Shown piece after piece: positions 25,963-38,820 of a stretch of 64,000 bases of DNA; within the stretch, counting starts at the first letter, position 1, and each line of letters starts with the position of its first letter. The notes beneath the pieces are model-generated. The model was given only the letters and a program-made list of their open reading frames with translations. It ran no database searches and was not told where the DNA came from. The position numbers and the translations under genes are program-made. The DNA comes from Octopus vulgaris. Taxonomy: Eukaryota. Location of the stretch: the NCBI GenBank assembly GCA_951406725.2, contig OX597818.1, forward strand, positions 38,378,001 through 38,442,000, read 5' to 3'.

Positions 25963-26192
25963 GGCGGCGAGCTGGCAGAATCGTTAGCACGCCGGCCGAA
26001 ATGCTTAGCAGTATTTCGTCTGCCGCTACGTTCTGAGTTCAAATTCCGCTGAGGTCGACTTTGCCTTTCATCCTTTCGGGGTCAATTAAATAAGTACCAG
26101 TTATGCACTGGGGTCGATATAATCAACTTAATCCGTTTGTCTGTCCTTGTTTGTCCCCTCTGTGTGTAGCCCCTTGTGGGTAGTAAAGAAAT
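25963..26192 (+). mobile_element. Full-length family A SINE
   Basis: Complete head, core and tail; TSD ttatatagtaata on both sides. Confidence 0.9.
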
Positions 26193-26299
26193 TTATATAG
26201 TAATAAGCTATAAAGTTATAGGTTGTGGGACACCTGAAATAATAGTTAATAAAATCCATGTAAAAATCTTCTAGGAGATAAAAATGTGGAGCAATTTAC

Positions 26300-26536
26300 C
26301 TGTAAAATATCCTGAGAGTAGAGTTACAGCAATGAAAGAAATGAGGTAGTTCGTGTGCTCACGGGTATACACACCACCGGGTACAAAGTTGTAGGCAACA
26401 GTCCACACAAAGAAAAGAGTTTCAATTATCCAAGTTAACATACACACAAACATAGTTCTTCCTGGTGGACACTGAATTGCTCGACTGACCATATGCGGCC
26501 AAATAGAAAGTGTAAAAACAGCTAAAAATAAGCCAC
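26300..26536 (-). CDS. CWH43: CWH43 exon 6 (GLFLAVFTLSIWP...VWTVAYNFVPGGVYTREHT...YFT)
   Basis: TTTCAG acceptor, GTAAAT donor; W..AY.FVPGG...RE signature. Confidence 0.95.
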
Positions 26537-26892
26537 CTGAAAATTAATACAAAAGAAATTACAATATACATACATATATGCACACACACACACACACACA
26601 CATATCTATATACATACATACACACACACACATATAATATATATATATATATATATACATTGATATAAAGACATACAATAGGAATACAAAATGGCTGATC
26701 AATAGTAAGGAAAGACACACACAAAAAAGAAGAAAGCAAAGGACCACTGATGAGGTCACAGAAGTGTGACGAAAGAACTCTGGCTGAAATAGGATTAATA
26801 TAAAATAAAGCTGAAGCAAGTGAACATCAAATATATAGTGCATGTGTTTTTATTGGTTAAACTGGCAACATGACCGTCACCAAATACAACAA

Positions 26893-26911
26893 TATACACA
26901 TATATATACAC

Positions 26912-26958
<47 letters not shown>

Positions 26959-27071
26959 TACACATATATATACATATATATATACATATATATATATACA
27001 TATATATATACACATATATATATACATATATATATACACATATATATATAAATATATATACATATATATAC

Positions 27072-27109
<38 letters not shown>

Positions 27110-27272
27110 ATATACATATATATATATACACATATATATATAAATATATATACATATATATATACACACATATATATAAATATATATATATATATACACA
27201 TATATATATAAATATATATACATATATATATACACATATATATACACACACACATATATATATATATATATA
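26893..27272. repeat. ~380-bp compound (TA)n/(CA) microsatellite
   Basis: Directly visible; source of the spurious YI-rich ORFs. Confidence 0.98.
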
Positions 27273-27615
27273 TCATCATCATCATCATTATCCGATGACA
27301 GTACCCCCTGTCATCGTTGCTAGAGCTGCTGATTGTCTCCCATGCTGGTGACACGTAAAAAGCACCATTCGAGCGTGATCGTTGCCAGTGCTGCCGGACT
27401 AGCTCCCATGCAGTTAATACATAAAAAACAACTTTTGAGCATGGTCATTGCCAGTACCACCTGACTGGCCCTTGTGCCAGATGCACGTAAAAGCACCCAC
27501 TGCACTCTCGGAGTGATTGGTGTTAGGAAAGGCATCCAGCTGTAGATACTTTGCCAGATCAGATTTGAGCCTGGTGCAGCCTTCTGGCTCGCCAGTCTTC
27601 AGTCTAACTGTCCAG
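27273..27615 (+). mobile_element. Family E repeat fragment
   Basis: cacgtaaaaagcaccattcgagcgtgatcgttgccag subunits followed by the ggcatccagctgtag core. Confidence 0.8.
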
Positions 27616-27619
27616 TCTT

Positions 27620-28560
27620 TAGTGCTGTATTATAAAGGGTTGCAAACTTGTTAAATATTTTTTCACTTGTGGATAAATTAGAAATTCTTATCAACACACT
27701 TTAATTATTCCCCTAATGACACTTTAGGGATGATTTGATAAGGCGTGGATATATGTAATAGTTTTGTTAGGCTTATGATAGGGACAGAATAAGCTATTAT
27801 CCAAATTTAGAGTTACATCTAATATGTTAACACATTTAGAGACATTTTCAAATATGATATCTAATTTGTATAGTTTAAAAAAATTTTATCAATTTTTTTC
27901 CTAATCCTATCAGTTGCTTGTGTGGAGGATTCAGATATGGTGAATAAAGCATCATCTCTATATAGGCCTCCACTATTAGGGAATTCTTCCCTAATTTTAG
28001 AGATTAGAAATAGTCCAACAATATCTGTAACCTGGGCAGAATCTGAATTTCCCATTGTAACATCATAGTTGTCGTGAAGGTCAGATCGGGTCCATGTCCT
28101 ATTTTTGAAGGAAATGAGTGTTTTCCTTGTGGTAAATATGATATTTTTCTTCAAAAGCATGATACTAGTAAATTTCTCTGCTAATTTAATTGCTTTGTCT
28201 AGTAAATCAGATTTAATGGACTGGTAGTAATTACTAATGTCAAATTGAATAAAGCAGGTTTTCTTTTTGTTATTTAAAGAGCAGAACCAAGTTATGACAT
28301 CTCCCAAAGTGGGAGGTTCATATTCCTTTTAATATGAGGGATAATTCTGCCGATGATAGATTTACTAATTCTGCCCAAATCCGATTGGTTGGACAGATTA
28401 ACCTAACCGTTGGTTTGCTCTCCAAGTTAGCTTTATGGTCCTTAAATGTGAAGTGTGGGATTTTAGGGGCATATGGTTCAGTTCTATCTAGTAGTTTTAG
28501 TTCTTTAATTAAATCGAAATGTTTCTTATTAAGTTTCATTCAATCTATTATTAGCTACTA
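27620..28560 (-). mobile_element. Penelope-like element reverse transcriptase fragment (pseudogenised)
   Basis: T.KDHK...KPTVRLICP, FIQFDI..YY.SI, DVTMG..D.A...D.VGL, GLYRDD motifs; frameshifts; abuts (TA)n. Confidence 0.88.
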
Positions 28561-28561
28561 A

Positions 28562-28595
<34 letters not shown>

Positions 28596-29699
28596 ATATA
28601 TATACACACACACACACATATATATATACGCGCGCGCACACACACACACATGTATATATATTACATCAGAAACAGGAGACGGAGGAAAGTCTAAAAGAAA
28701 AGGAAGACGGACGAAAAAAAATTGCCAAAAAAGTCAGGAGGTATGAGAGGTGAATATATTTATTTAATCACTTGATATCCATATGATCACAGTTCAGTTG
28801 TTTCACAGCCTTCGTTATGCAATAATAATTTCATTACAAAATTCATTTATTTTACATGTCTGCACCAATATGCATGCTACACATTGTAACCAAATTGTTT
28901 TAGATTCATTTCAACAGCAGTTTGGACAAATAATGACTTCTACTATAGCTCTTGGTTGATCAATGCCTTGAAATCAAATTCAGTGAATGTGGTTGGCAGA
29001 AACTATAGGAAGCCAGTCATGCGTGAGTGTGTGTGTGCACATGCATGTAAATGTTGCCTGTTAGCTATAAATAGTTACCACTTTTGATTGTGAATCAATT
29101 TCAATTTGTTCGGGACTCTTTCACTTAGCTTCACATTAGTTTACTTCTCTTTTCTTCTTTTTCTTCCATGCCCTACACCTCTTGGTATAACCACAGTCAT
29201 GCTTTTGTTGGACTCTTTTTCATTCTTCGTACCCTTCCTCTCTCTCTCCTCTTTCTGACAAAGAGCCATGCTTGAAATGTTATACACCCACTGTTTTTTT
29301 CCATCTATGCTGAGCCTCAAGTTAAAACATTCCATGTATGTATCCTTTTGACTTTTGTTGTTTTATTTTAAATTTTTGATCCACATACTAGCTATAGTAA
29401 CTACAAGCAAATGGACGGTGCTGAGTTGTCAAACATTTGAATCAAATTTTCTCAAAACAACTTGTCCGACTATCCCATAGGCCTCCCCTTTGAGAAACAC
29501 AGATTTAACCTAAATTTGAGACACCAGCAAAAGAAGAAATAAAGATAGACTTGTTTTCTATTCCAAAGAAAAACGATTTTATTCACACAAGTATGCAACC
29601 AAAGAGTTTAAAGTACCAGTAATGATGAGGCTGTTGACTGGGAGAACACAAACATGGTTTAAACAGTAAGCTTGGCAGGAAAGAAACATGCCTTTAAGC

Positions 29700-29978
29700 A
29701 GTACTAAAACAACAACTGCATGTGCATTTTTCTCGTGTACGCGTAATATCGATCACAACAGCTGATGTACTTGCACGTACAAATGCACGTTCCCACAGCT
29801 TTATCGATCGCATTCTCACCTGGAATCGATTTTTGTAATTTTTTCAAGACTTATACACGCCCTGATACCGTCAGTATCTACATATCAAATTTGAACGCAA
29901 TTGGATGAAGGAATGGAGGATGCCCGAGATCCTAGAAGACACACACACGGACAGACAGAACGGATTTTATATAATAGA
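29700..29978 (-). mobile_element. Non-autonomous Helitron-like 5' fragment
   Basis: Minus strand starts A/TCTATTATATAAAA followed by (CTGT)/(GT) repeats, same layout as 46506; 3' end not resolved. Confidence 0.5.
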
Positions 29979-30665
29979 TTTACAGCCTGATGAAGTCAGT
30001 CATGGGCAGTTAAGAGTATTTGCAGTATTGTGCGCAGTGGAATAAGAGCCACTGAATCCTCCATTAGAAGTCTATCACTGCATCAACTTGGATTGTTGTA
30101 TCGTTTATCTTTTGTTTGTTTCAGTCATTGGACTGCAGCCATGCAGGAGAAACTGCCTTGAAGGGTTTGAGTTGAACAAATCAACCCCATTGGTTTCTTT
30201 TGCTGAACCACTAAATTATGGGGGCGTAAATAAAATAACATTGGTTGTTTATTAGTGGGGAGGGGATAAACAGACACAAAGACATACACAAACACACATG
30301 ACAGGCTTCTATAGAGTTTCCATCTACCAAATTCATTCATAAAGTATTGGTCTGTCCAGAGCTAGAATAGATGACACTTGCCCAAGGTGCTGCACAGTGG
30401 GACTGAAACCAAATTCATGTGCTAGCAAAATGAGCTTCTTAACCACACAACCAAGTTTCTTAACCACTAAATCCAATACATAGTTGCCTAACTACTTTGT
30501 AAACACACTCAAACTTTTAATGTTTATTTCCACCCTCCAAAAATATGTTTCTTTCATTTAACATATAATTTTCTTTCCATGCTAGTGTGACCTAAGAAGA
30601 ATTAAATTTGAGGTAGGGTTTTTATAGCTGAATACACTTCTTGTCAACAACCCTCACCTGTTTTT

Positions 30666-30705
<40 letters not shown>

Positions 30706-30752
30706 GTGTGTGTGTGTTTATAATACTTCATTATTTACAAAGTTACACTTAC

Positions 30753-30889
30753 TTGCATAGGCTACCCATGTCTTTAAATAATAAAGTAGAAAAAGACTCA
30801 ATACACCCAAAAGCCACCAGGCAAAGTGTTTCGTAAAATGCTGCCTGGACAAGCAGACACCAACTCCAAGTAACAAAAGAACTGGACAC
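30753..30889 (-). CDS. CWH43: CWH43 exon 5 (CPVLLLLGVGVCLSRQHFTKHFAWWLLGVLSLFLLYYLKTWVAYA)
   Basis: TTTTCAG acceptor, GTAAGT donor, phase 2 to 1; hydrophobic helices with WW and YL.TW. Confidence 0.9.
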
Positions 30890-31394
30890 CTGAAAAAAAT
30901 TGCATAAAGAGAGAATAGTTAATAAAATAATGAAATTTTAAAAAAATCTATAACATATTTTCAAACTTGAATTTAACTTAAAATGTTGATAAGTTTATAT
31001 AAACTGTCCACTGCAAAAAAAGAAAGTTTTAAATTCTCTTTGTTGGCAATGAACAACAGAATTTAACAACTGGTTTAGTCAGTTTTATGGGCAATCAGTT
31101 TTTCAACTACTATATTATACACCACACACATGTACACATCATTTTTATGACTATTTTCTATGCTAATGTGACAGAATCCAACCAACCAGAGAACCACATT
31201 TTACTTTATTTTAACAGTGTTTCTGTGGCTGAATATTCTTTCTAATGCCATCTTTTTTTACAAATTGTTTCTTGTACATTTATATATCTTTATCTTTTAA
31301 TTTTTACATGTTTCAGTTATTAGACTGCAGCTATACTGGGGCACTGTCTTGAAGAATTTTTAGCTGAATGTATCAATCTTAGTACTTATTCCAT

Positions 31395-33565
31395 CACTTG
31401 GTAACCTATAAATCCAGTGACCATGCTAGCCAGATCAACTACATTCTCACCAGAAAGTGGGATTCATGGTTGCTCATAAATGCAAAGTCCTTCTCTGGTG
31501 AAGAGTGTATCCCTCAGCATAGGTTACTCATTAGTGACTCCAAACTGCAGGCATGAAGGATTCCAAGAAGCAAGAGAGTTCAGAAAAAGAAGTATCTGAA
31601 AGCTTAAGGATCCTTTGAAAAGTCAGAGATTTAGGGACTTCCTAACTGAAGCATTTGATGAAAAGGAGGAGGAATTACAGACTTGCAACATAGAGGGTGA
31701 CTGAAAGTTCCTATGAGACAACTTAATGAGAGTCACAGACCAAATTTGTGGGTGATGCAAAGTCCCAACACGACCTATGGTGACATGCTGGTGAAACAAT
31801 GTAGTTGACAGGGCTATTAGAGCAAAGAAACAGGCTTGGGAGAACTGGAAGGGTAGTGGTAGCAAGGAGCTATACCAGGCAGCTAGAAGGGAAGCTAGGA
31901 AGCAGGTATACTTGGCCAGGGATGAAGCAGAAAGGGAGAAATTTGCCAATGTTTTGCAGCACGAAGACCAATGGCTTGGTTTCAGTTTGCAAGACAAGTG
32001 TGCTAAGGAAAATTGTGATGTGTGAGAGAAGTGTGTTTGCATGGATGATGGTTCGCTTGCAGTTAGTGACTCTACAAAGAAAGATGCTTCAAAGTGCCAC
32101 TATGAAAGGCTACTAAATATAGAGAACTCATGGGAAAAGGAGAATCTGCCTAATGTTAATCCAACAGAGGGATCAGCATCCGAATAGACAGTAGCATTGT
32201 AGACAAAGCCATGAAGGCTATGAAGATGGAGAAAGCCCCTGGCCCATCGGGAATAACTGCTGAGATGCTTAAAATATCTAGCAGTGTGGGTTATGGTCTA
32301 GTCACCTGTATAGTTCAGCAGGGGATACACAAAGGAGTCATACCCAATGACTGGTGTATCAGCACCATAGTCAACTACTACAAAGGTAAAGGTGATGCCT
32401 TAGATAGAAATAATTACAGAGGTATCAAATTGTTGGATCAGGTAATGAAAGTCATGGAGAGGGTCATAGCCCAACTAATTAGGAAGAGAGTAAGTCTAGA
32501 TGAGATCTAGTTTGGTTTTGTGCCAGGGAGAAGCACCACTGATGCTTTATTTCTGGTAAGGCAGCTGCAGAAGTACCAAGCCATAGTACTTGGCTTTTGC
32601 TGACATGGAGAAAGCCTTTAACAGGGTCCTCTGATCCCTTATCTGGTGGTCAATGTGGAAACTAAGCATAGATGAGTGATTGATGATAGGGACACCATGT
32701 ACAGGGACACCATCAGTAAGGTGAGGGTTGGCAACAAGTACAGCAAAGAATTCAGGGTAGAAGTAGGGGTTCACCAAAGATCAGTCCTCAGCCTCCTCTT
32801 GTTCATCATAGTCCAGGCAATAACAGGAATTTCAAACAAGCTGCCCCTGGGAGGTCCTCTATGCTGATGACCTTGTTCTTATAGCTGACATGTGCATGTA
32901 TGACAGCGTGTAAGTGTCTTGAGAGAAAAGTTGGGCATAAGAGGCATCAGATGTGGTATGAAAGAGAGACGACTGCGCCGGTATGGTCATGTGATGCGTA
33001 TGGGCAAGGATAGCTGTGTAAAGAAGTGCTAATCTCTAACTGTGGAGGAAACCTGTGTTAAAGGTAGATCCAGGAAGACATGGGATGAGGTGGTGAAGCA
33101 TGATCTTTGAACATTGGGCCTTACAGAGGCAATGACTAGTGACCGAGACCTTTGACAATATGAGTCTTAGAGAAGACCTATAAATCCAAGTGAAATTGTA
33201 GTTGTGGTCGATGCTGGTGTCATGTAACTGGAATCCATGCTGATGGCACGTAAAAAGCACCTTCTGAATGTTGGGTCTCACAGAGGCAATGACAAATGAC
33301 CAAGACCTTTGGCTATATGCTATGCTTTAGAAGACCCATTAAACCAAATGAAATAATAGCCACAGCAGATACTGGGGTCACACAACTGGCCCTCATGCCA
33401 GTGGCATGTAAAAGAACTCATTAAACTCTCAGAGTGGTTGGTGTGAGGAAGGGCATCCAGCTGTAGAAACCATGGCAAATCAGACTGGAGTCTGGTGCAG
33501 CCCCTCAGATTACCAGCCCTGGTCAAACTGTCCAACCCATGGACAACAGATATCATATGATGATG
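31395..33565 (+). mobile_element. Degenerate RTE-clade LINE with internal deletion, running into the family E 3' end
   Basis: KAPGPSGITAEMLK, YKGKGDALDRNNYRGIKLL, FGFVPGRSTTDA, VGVHQ.SVLS.LLF, LYADDL; (ATG)n tail. Confidence 0.93.
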
Positions 33566-34367
33566 ACAAAGATGATGATATACATACACACATACATCAT
33601 CATCATCATTTAATGTCCTCCTTCCATGCTGGCATTGACTGGACAGGAGCTGGCCAGGCAGGAGCCCCTACCAGACCTCTGTGTCTGATACCATATTTTA
33701 ACGTGTATAAGGAACCCTCTAATTTTGGGGGCTTAAAATTTGCAAAAACGGTTTTGAAGGGATTATAATGCTATCCATGTATAAGCAACAGCCAGATTTT
33801 TTAACCTAATTTTTGAGCATAAGTCTGTTAATCGTTAATTAATGAAGTTAACATTTTCATTAACGCTTTAACTTTCAAGTTAACTTTGATAATCATTATC
33901 GAGCTAATTAACTTCTGTTACATTTAGCTTCCATTAACTCAAATCTGTTGACCCCAAAATTTCGTAAAAACAGGTAAACGTTTAAAAGTTTCTATTGTTT
34001 TCAGATTGTCTTAGCATATTTAATACTGTACGTGTCATTTTTCAACCCCCTACGGTCACGACTGATCGTGGGATTGCACCTAGAAAGTTACCCTCCCAGG
34101 CACAAGTCCGGGCAAGGTTGTTTATGGAAGACCAGCAATCGCCCATGCATACCGGCCTCCCCTCTCCATGCCACCAGAGTTATCCAAGAGAAAGGCAACA
34201 GCAGATACAACTTGGCACCTGTGACATCACAACTCATTTCTACAGCTGAGTGAACTGGAGCAACGTGAAATAAAGTGTCTTGCTCAAGAACACAACATGC
34301 AGCCTGGTCCAGGTTTCGAACTCATGACCTCTAACCACTGAGCCAATATAATACCACTTATTATTAT

Positions 34368-34675
34368 AAGATGTGGTATGAAAGAGAGACATCTGCGCTG
34401 GTATGGTCATGTGATGCATATGGACAAGGATAGCTGTGTAAAGAAGTGCCAATCTCTAACTGTGGAGGAAACCTGTGGAAGAGGTAGACCCAGGAAGACA
34501 TGGGATGAGGTGGTGAAGCATGATCTTTGAACATTGGGCCTCACAGAGGCAATGACTAGTGACCGAGACCTTTGACAATATGAGTCCTAGAGAAGACCAA
34601 TCAAGCCAAGTGAAATTGTAGTTGTGGTTGATGCTGGTGTCATGTAACTGGAACCCATGGTACTTTTTACGTGCC
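34368..34675 (+). repeat. Near-identical second copy of the RTE 3' segment at ~32949-33240
   Basis: Shares agatgtggtatgaaagagaga...gaccgagacctttgacaatatgagtc with few differences. Confidence 0.8.
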
Positions 34676-34894
34676 AGTCAAAAACATTAAAAACTTTATG
34701 TCCACTGATTTTGAAAGAAACATATATACCACACACACAAATATGCATTTGTAGCTAGCATCCTTTTATATGTTATTTTGAATATACTGGATTGCTTGCT
34801 CAGTAGCTAAGAGGAAAAACAACTGATTGATCCAAATATTGGTTTATTTACTAAGTCAAAGTTGTTCAGTGGAAAGAAACGTTAAGAGACTTAC

Positions 34895-35309
34895 CCCCAA
34901 AATTGTGGCAAAGGACCATGAAGTGGATAACCCTCAACGACCCACCGACATATCAAAGACACTTCACCAAATGTCCAGCCTGTTAAGAATATAAGACTAC
35001 CAAAACCAATACCAATGAGTAGAGATGATGACGAGAGGGAAGCTTGACTAATGTGGACATTATTTGAATTAGAAGTGAAACCATTAGTAACTGGAGTAGA
35101 AACTTCAGAATTTTCCTGTGTTTCTTCTTTGCAACTTTGAATTTTCGTTGTTTTATTAGGCACATCAGTTAAGGTATTGTTTTCAGCTGAAACATCTTGT
35201 ATGCTGTTCTTTGTTTCACTGTCATGTGGCAAGTTGTTCTGTTCATCTAATTTACAGTTACCGTTTGTGTTTAAAGATGTTTTTGCAGAATTTATTTCAA
35301 CAGTTAAAT
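34895..35309 (-). CDS. CWH43: CWH43 exon 4 (low-complexity loop then GFGSLIFLTGWTFGEVSLICRWVVEGYPLHGPLPQFWG)
   Basis: TTTTAG acceptor, GTAAGT donor, open frame, phase 1 to 2; FGSL.FLT.W.FGEVSL..RW motif. Confidence 0.93.
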
Positions 35310-35397
35310 CTAAAATACAAAAACAATGAAAAGGAAGAAAAAAGGAAAATATATAATCAGTATAATAAATGAACAAGAAATAAAACATATATATATA

Positions 35398-35437
<40 letters not shown>

Positions 35438-36313
35438 CCATATTTTAACATGTATAAGGAGCCCCCTAATTTGGGGGGGGGGGGGGCTTAAAATTTGGTA
35501 AAAAAGTTTTGTAAGGGATTATAATACTCTTTTACTTGTTTCGGCCATTTCACTGTGGCCATGCTGAGCACCGCCTTTAGTCGAGCAAATCGACCCCAGG
35601 ACTTATTCTTTGTAAGCCTAGTACTTACTCCTTTGGTCTCTTTTGCCGAACCGCTAAGTTACAGGGACATAAACACACCAGCATCGGTTGTCAAGCGATG
35701 TTGTGGGGGACAAACACAGACACACAAACATACATATTTGTCTCTCCTGTCTTTGGTGGCAAGAATTAGTCATTAAGGTACTAACTCTTACTCTTATTAC
35801 AAGTAGAATATTAAATCATTAAAATTTTTTGGCCCACTACATTAAGCATATTCGCACCAACCTTATCTTTGAGGCTATGCTGGGGCAACATCTTGAAGAA
35901 TTTTTAGTCAAATGAATTGACCCCAGTACTTAATCTTTTTTAAGCCTGGTACTTATTCTATCAGTCTCTTTTTGCCAAACCACTAAGGGGATGTAAACAC
36001 ACCAACACCAGTTGTCAAACAGTGGTGGGACACAAACACAAAGTTACACACAGGTTCCATCTACTAAATCCACTCACGAGGCTTTGGTTGGCCTGAAGCT
36101 GTAGTAGAAGACACTTGCCTGGATTGCCACACAGTGGGACTGAACCTAGAACCATGTGGTTGGGAAGTAAACTTCTTACAACACAGTCATATATATAAAA
36201 TTAGTTTGTCTTAACTTATATGGTCTGACAAAGATGAACATTTTCAACAACTGGCAACTTGTAATATGTTGCAGAAGGAAAAAACCAAGGTAATAAGTTG
36301 AAATATGACATAC

Positions 36314-36468
36314 CTGAAATGATGTGATCAATATTCACCACAAGTGCAATTGAAATGATAATGGTATTAGTTGTTTGGGTCCACCATGCAGGTACAAAGC
36401 TAAGAAACCAGATCCGGCTGACAAGAAATAGCAAGAACCCAAGAAGAAGGCCCCAAAGCGTTAAAAAT
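36314..36468 (-). CDS. CWH43: CWH43 exon 3 (FLTLWGLLLGFLLFLVSRIWF...IDHIIS)
   Basis: TTTCAG acceptor, GTATGT donor, phase 2 to 1; WG..LG......RIW motif. Confidence 0.93.
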
Positions 36469-36664
36469 CTGAAATTCAAAATAATTTATATTAATATTTC
36501 ATTATCTCAGTCAAATAATTCAAGATGGCATTAAAAAAATACATTACAAAAAAAAAAAAAAAACTATTTATGTTTTTAAAATTCAGGGTTCTTATATCTA
36601 TATGTAACCCATGCTAGCATGGAGAACGGACGTTAAACAATGATGATGATGATGATGATGATGA

Positions 36665-36962
36665 TGTAGAACTGGCATTCTGTTGGTTACAATGACGAGG
36701 GTTCCAGTTGATCCAAATAATGGAACAGCTGCTTGTGAAATTAACGTGAGAGTGGCTGAGCACTCCACAGACACACGTACCCTCAATGTAGTTCTCGAGG
36801 TGATTTAGGGTGACAAGGCTGGCCCCTCTGAAATACAGGTACAATTTATTTTTGCCAGCTGAGTGGACTAGAGCAACATGAAAATAAAGGGTCATGTTCA
36901 AGGACACAACACGAGGCTGGGAATCAAACTTACAACCTTACAATTGTGAGCTAAATACCGTA
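36665..36962 (-). mobile_element. tRNA-derived SINE family F (body also at 52860-52980 and 62190-62310)
   Basis: tRNA-like head and ggggccagccttgtca...ggagtgctcagcca body. Confidence 0.7.
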
Positions 36963-37384
36963 AATGAATATGATCTTGATTAATAAATATTGCTAGAGGC
37001 AGTGCTCTAGTGTGGCCTTAGCCGTGAGGGCTAAAGCATACTAAAAAACATGGAAATGCAATGCATACTTACTCAATCTGTTCTAATCTCATTCAGATAT
37101 TTTCTGTTTCTAAAATTCAGACCCTATTTAACATGACTTAAAACATAAACTAGCACACTGCTAACATTAATGGAATGATTTGATTGTTTATAAACTTGAC
37201 TGGAAAATAAAGTTAATACTGAACTTTCATCAAGACAACAATGAAATAAATAAATCTGAGCTAATTTATTAGAACAATGCTCTAACTACCAGAAATATTG
37301 TTAAAAGGTGCAATCCATCTTGCAGAGTTTTGCAGTGGAAATCGTTAATTATCTTATATATAACTGATATAGCACAGTTTGACC

Positions 37385-37584
37385 TATTTCTTTACTACCC
37401 ACAAGGGGCCAAACACAGAGAGGACAAACAAGGTCTACCCCGAAAGGATGAAAGGCAAAGTCGACCTTGGCGGAATTTGAACTCAGAACGTAATGGCAGA
37501 CGAAATACAGCTACGCATTTCGCCCGGCATTCTAACGTTTCTGCCAGCTCGCCGTCTTTCTAACGTTTCTGCCAGCTCGCCGCC
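37385..37584 (-). mobile_element. Family A SINE with 20-bp TSD and duplicated head
   Basis: tgatatagcacagtttgacc at 37365-37384 and 37585-37604. Confidence 0.9.
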
Positions 37585-38431
37585 TGATATAGCACAGTTT
37601 GACCACCACACAATGTTGCACATGGTCAACTACTGCTAGACAGCAAGTACATCATGGGAACTTATTGTCTGAAACATGTTATATTTAGGTTTCAAGACTT
37701 ATATTATTCCTAATTTTTGACTGGTTGCCACTCCACTACAGGTTACATTAAGCAGAACTGAATAGTTCTACCAAACGAAATTGTAACAACTTCAACTTAT
37801 TGGTAAATCCATACAATATTCTTTTGTTCCTTCCAGCCAATGGGCTGTGTTTATACTAGCACTTACTGGAAAAGTGCAAAATATTTTATAAATTTTGTAT
37901 AATTAGGAAAATTTTAAATCACCAAAATTAACAAAGTTTGAAAATATTTCCCAGGACTGAAAATCTGTCTTTCATTTGGTTCTTGAACATCCAGTATAGG
38001 GATCTGATTTAAAAGCATTTGGGTTGCTATTTCTAGCAGGTAAAGCTTGGCTGATTCATGCCATCTTGGTTGGTATTTGTCAGATGCTGTCATAGATCAA
38101 GAGGAAGACAAATGACATTCACTTCATTAATTTTGCATCGAGATAAGAACTTAGGGACAAACTGACCAACAGATGGAATTCAAATTGGTACCAGAATAGC
38201 AGAATAATTGCATTACAGAATTAATTCTCATCCATCCTTAACCTCTGATCAAACACCACTGGGGCATATAGTATTATAGTCATGCTACTTCACTCTCTTT
38301 GGTTTGGGGCTGCAGGTCCAATTAGCCCTCCGCAAGAGCTAGCTTAAAAGTCCGCACAGAGTGTGGCTTTTAAATTAGTAAATGTATAAAAAAAAGATAA
38401 CTGAAATTAAAAATGAATAATAATGCTGTAC

Positions 38432-38744
38432 CTTATTTTATAGTTTGGATTCCATAATGTGATTGTAAATACAAGTAAGGCACATGATGTCCCCAAAGAG
38501 AGGAACAGAAGACGAAGAAGAGTATCAGGAGCTTGAAAAGACGCTAATGATACGACAGATAATAGACGGAGGATAATGACCATGTGTGGTTTTTGGAGGA
38601 GTTTCAATATAAAAGCTGATTCTGTGATGATTGGTGTTAAAGTCAATAATGACAGTGCTTCATAACCGGTGATGCTGAGTTCGTTGAGAGGATAAAACCA
38701 AATCATTGGTGCCAGTGCTAGAAATAAGCACCAGAAGATGTAAC
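38432..38744 (-). CDS. CWH43: CWH43 exon 2 (GYIFWCLFLALAPMIWFYPLNELSITGYE...SLASFQAP...NYKIR)
   Basis: TTTCTAG acceptor, GTACAG donor; PMIW(F/Y)PL..L..TG.E and ASFQAP motifs of CWH43. Confidence 0.95.
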
Positions 38745-38756
38745 CTAGAAATTGAA

Positions 38757-38819
<63 letters not shown>

Positions 38820-38820
38820 T
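38757..38820. repeat. (TAA)n microsatellite next to the exon 2 acceptor
   Basis: About 21 perfect units, ~10 nt upstream of the AG on the transcribed strand. Confidence 0.97.

Noticed and set aside
26795-27354. Long YI/IY-rich ORFs
   Set aside because: Translations of a (TA)n/(CA) microsatellite
29987-30060. CUGAUGA hammerhead start
   Set aside because: No correctly placed GAAA(C) or stem I partner
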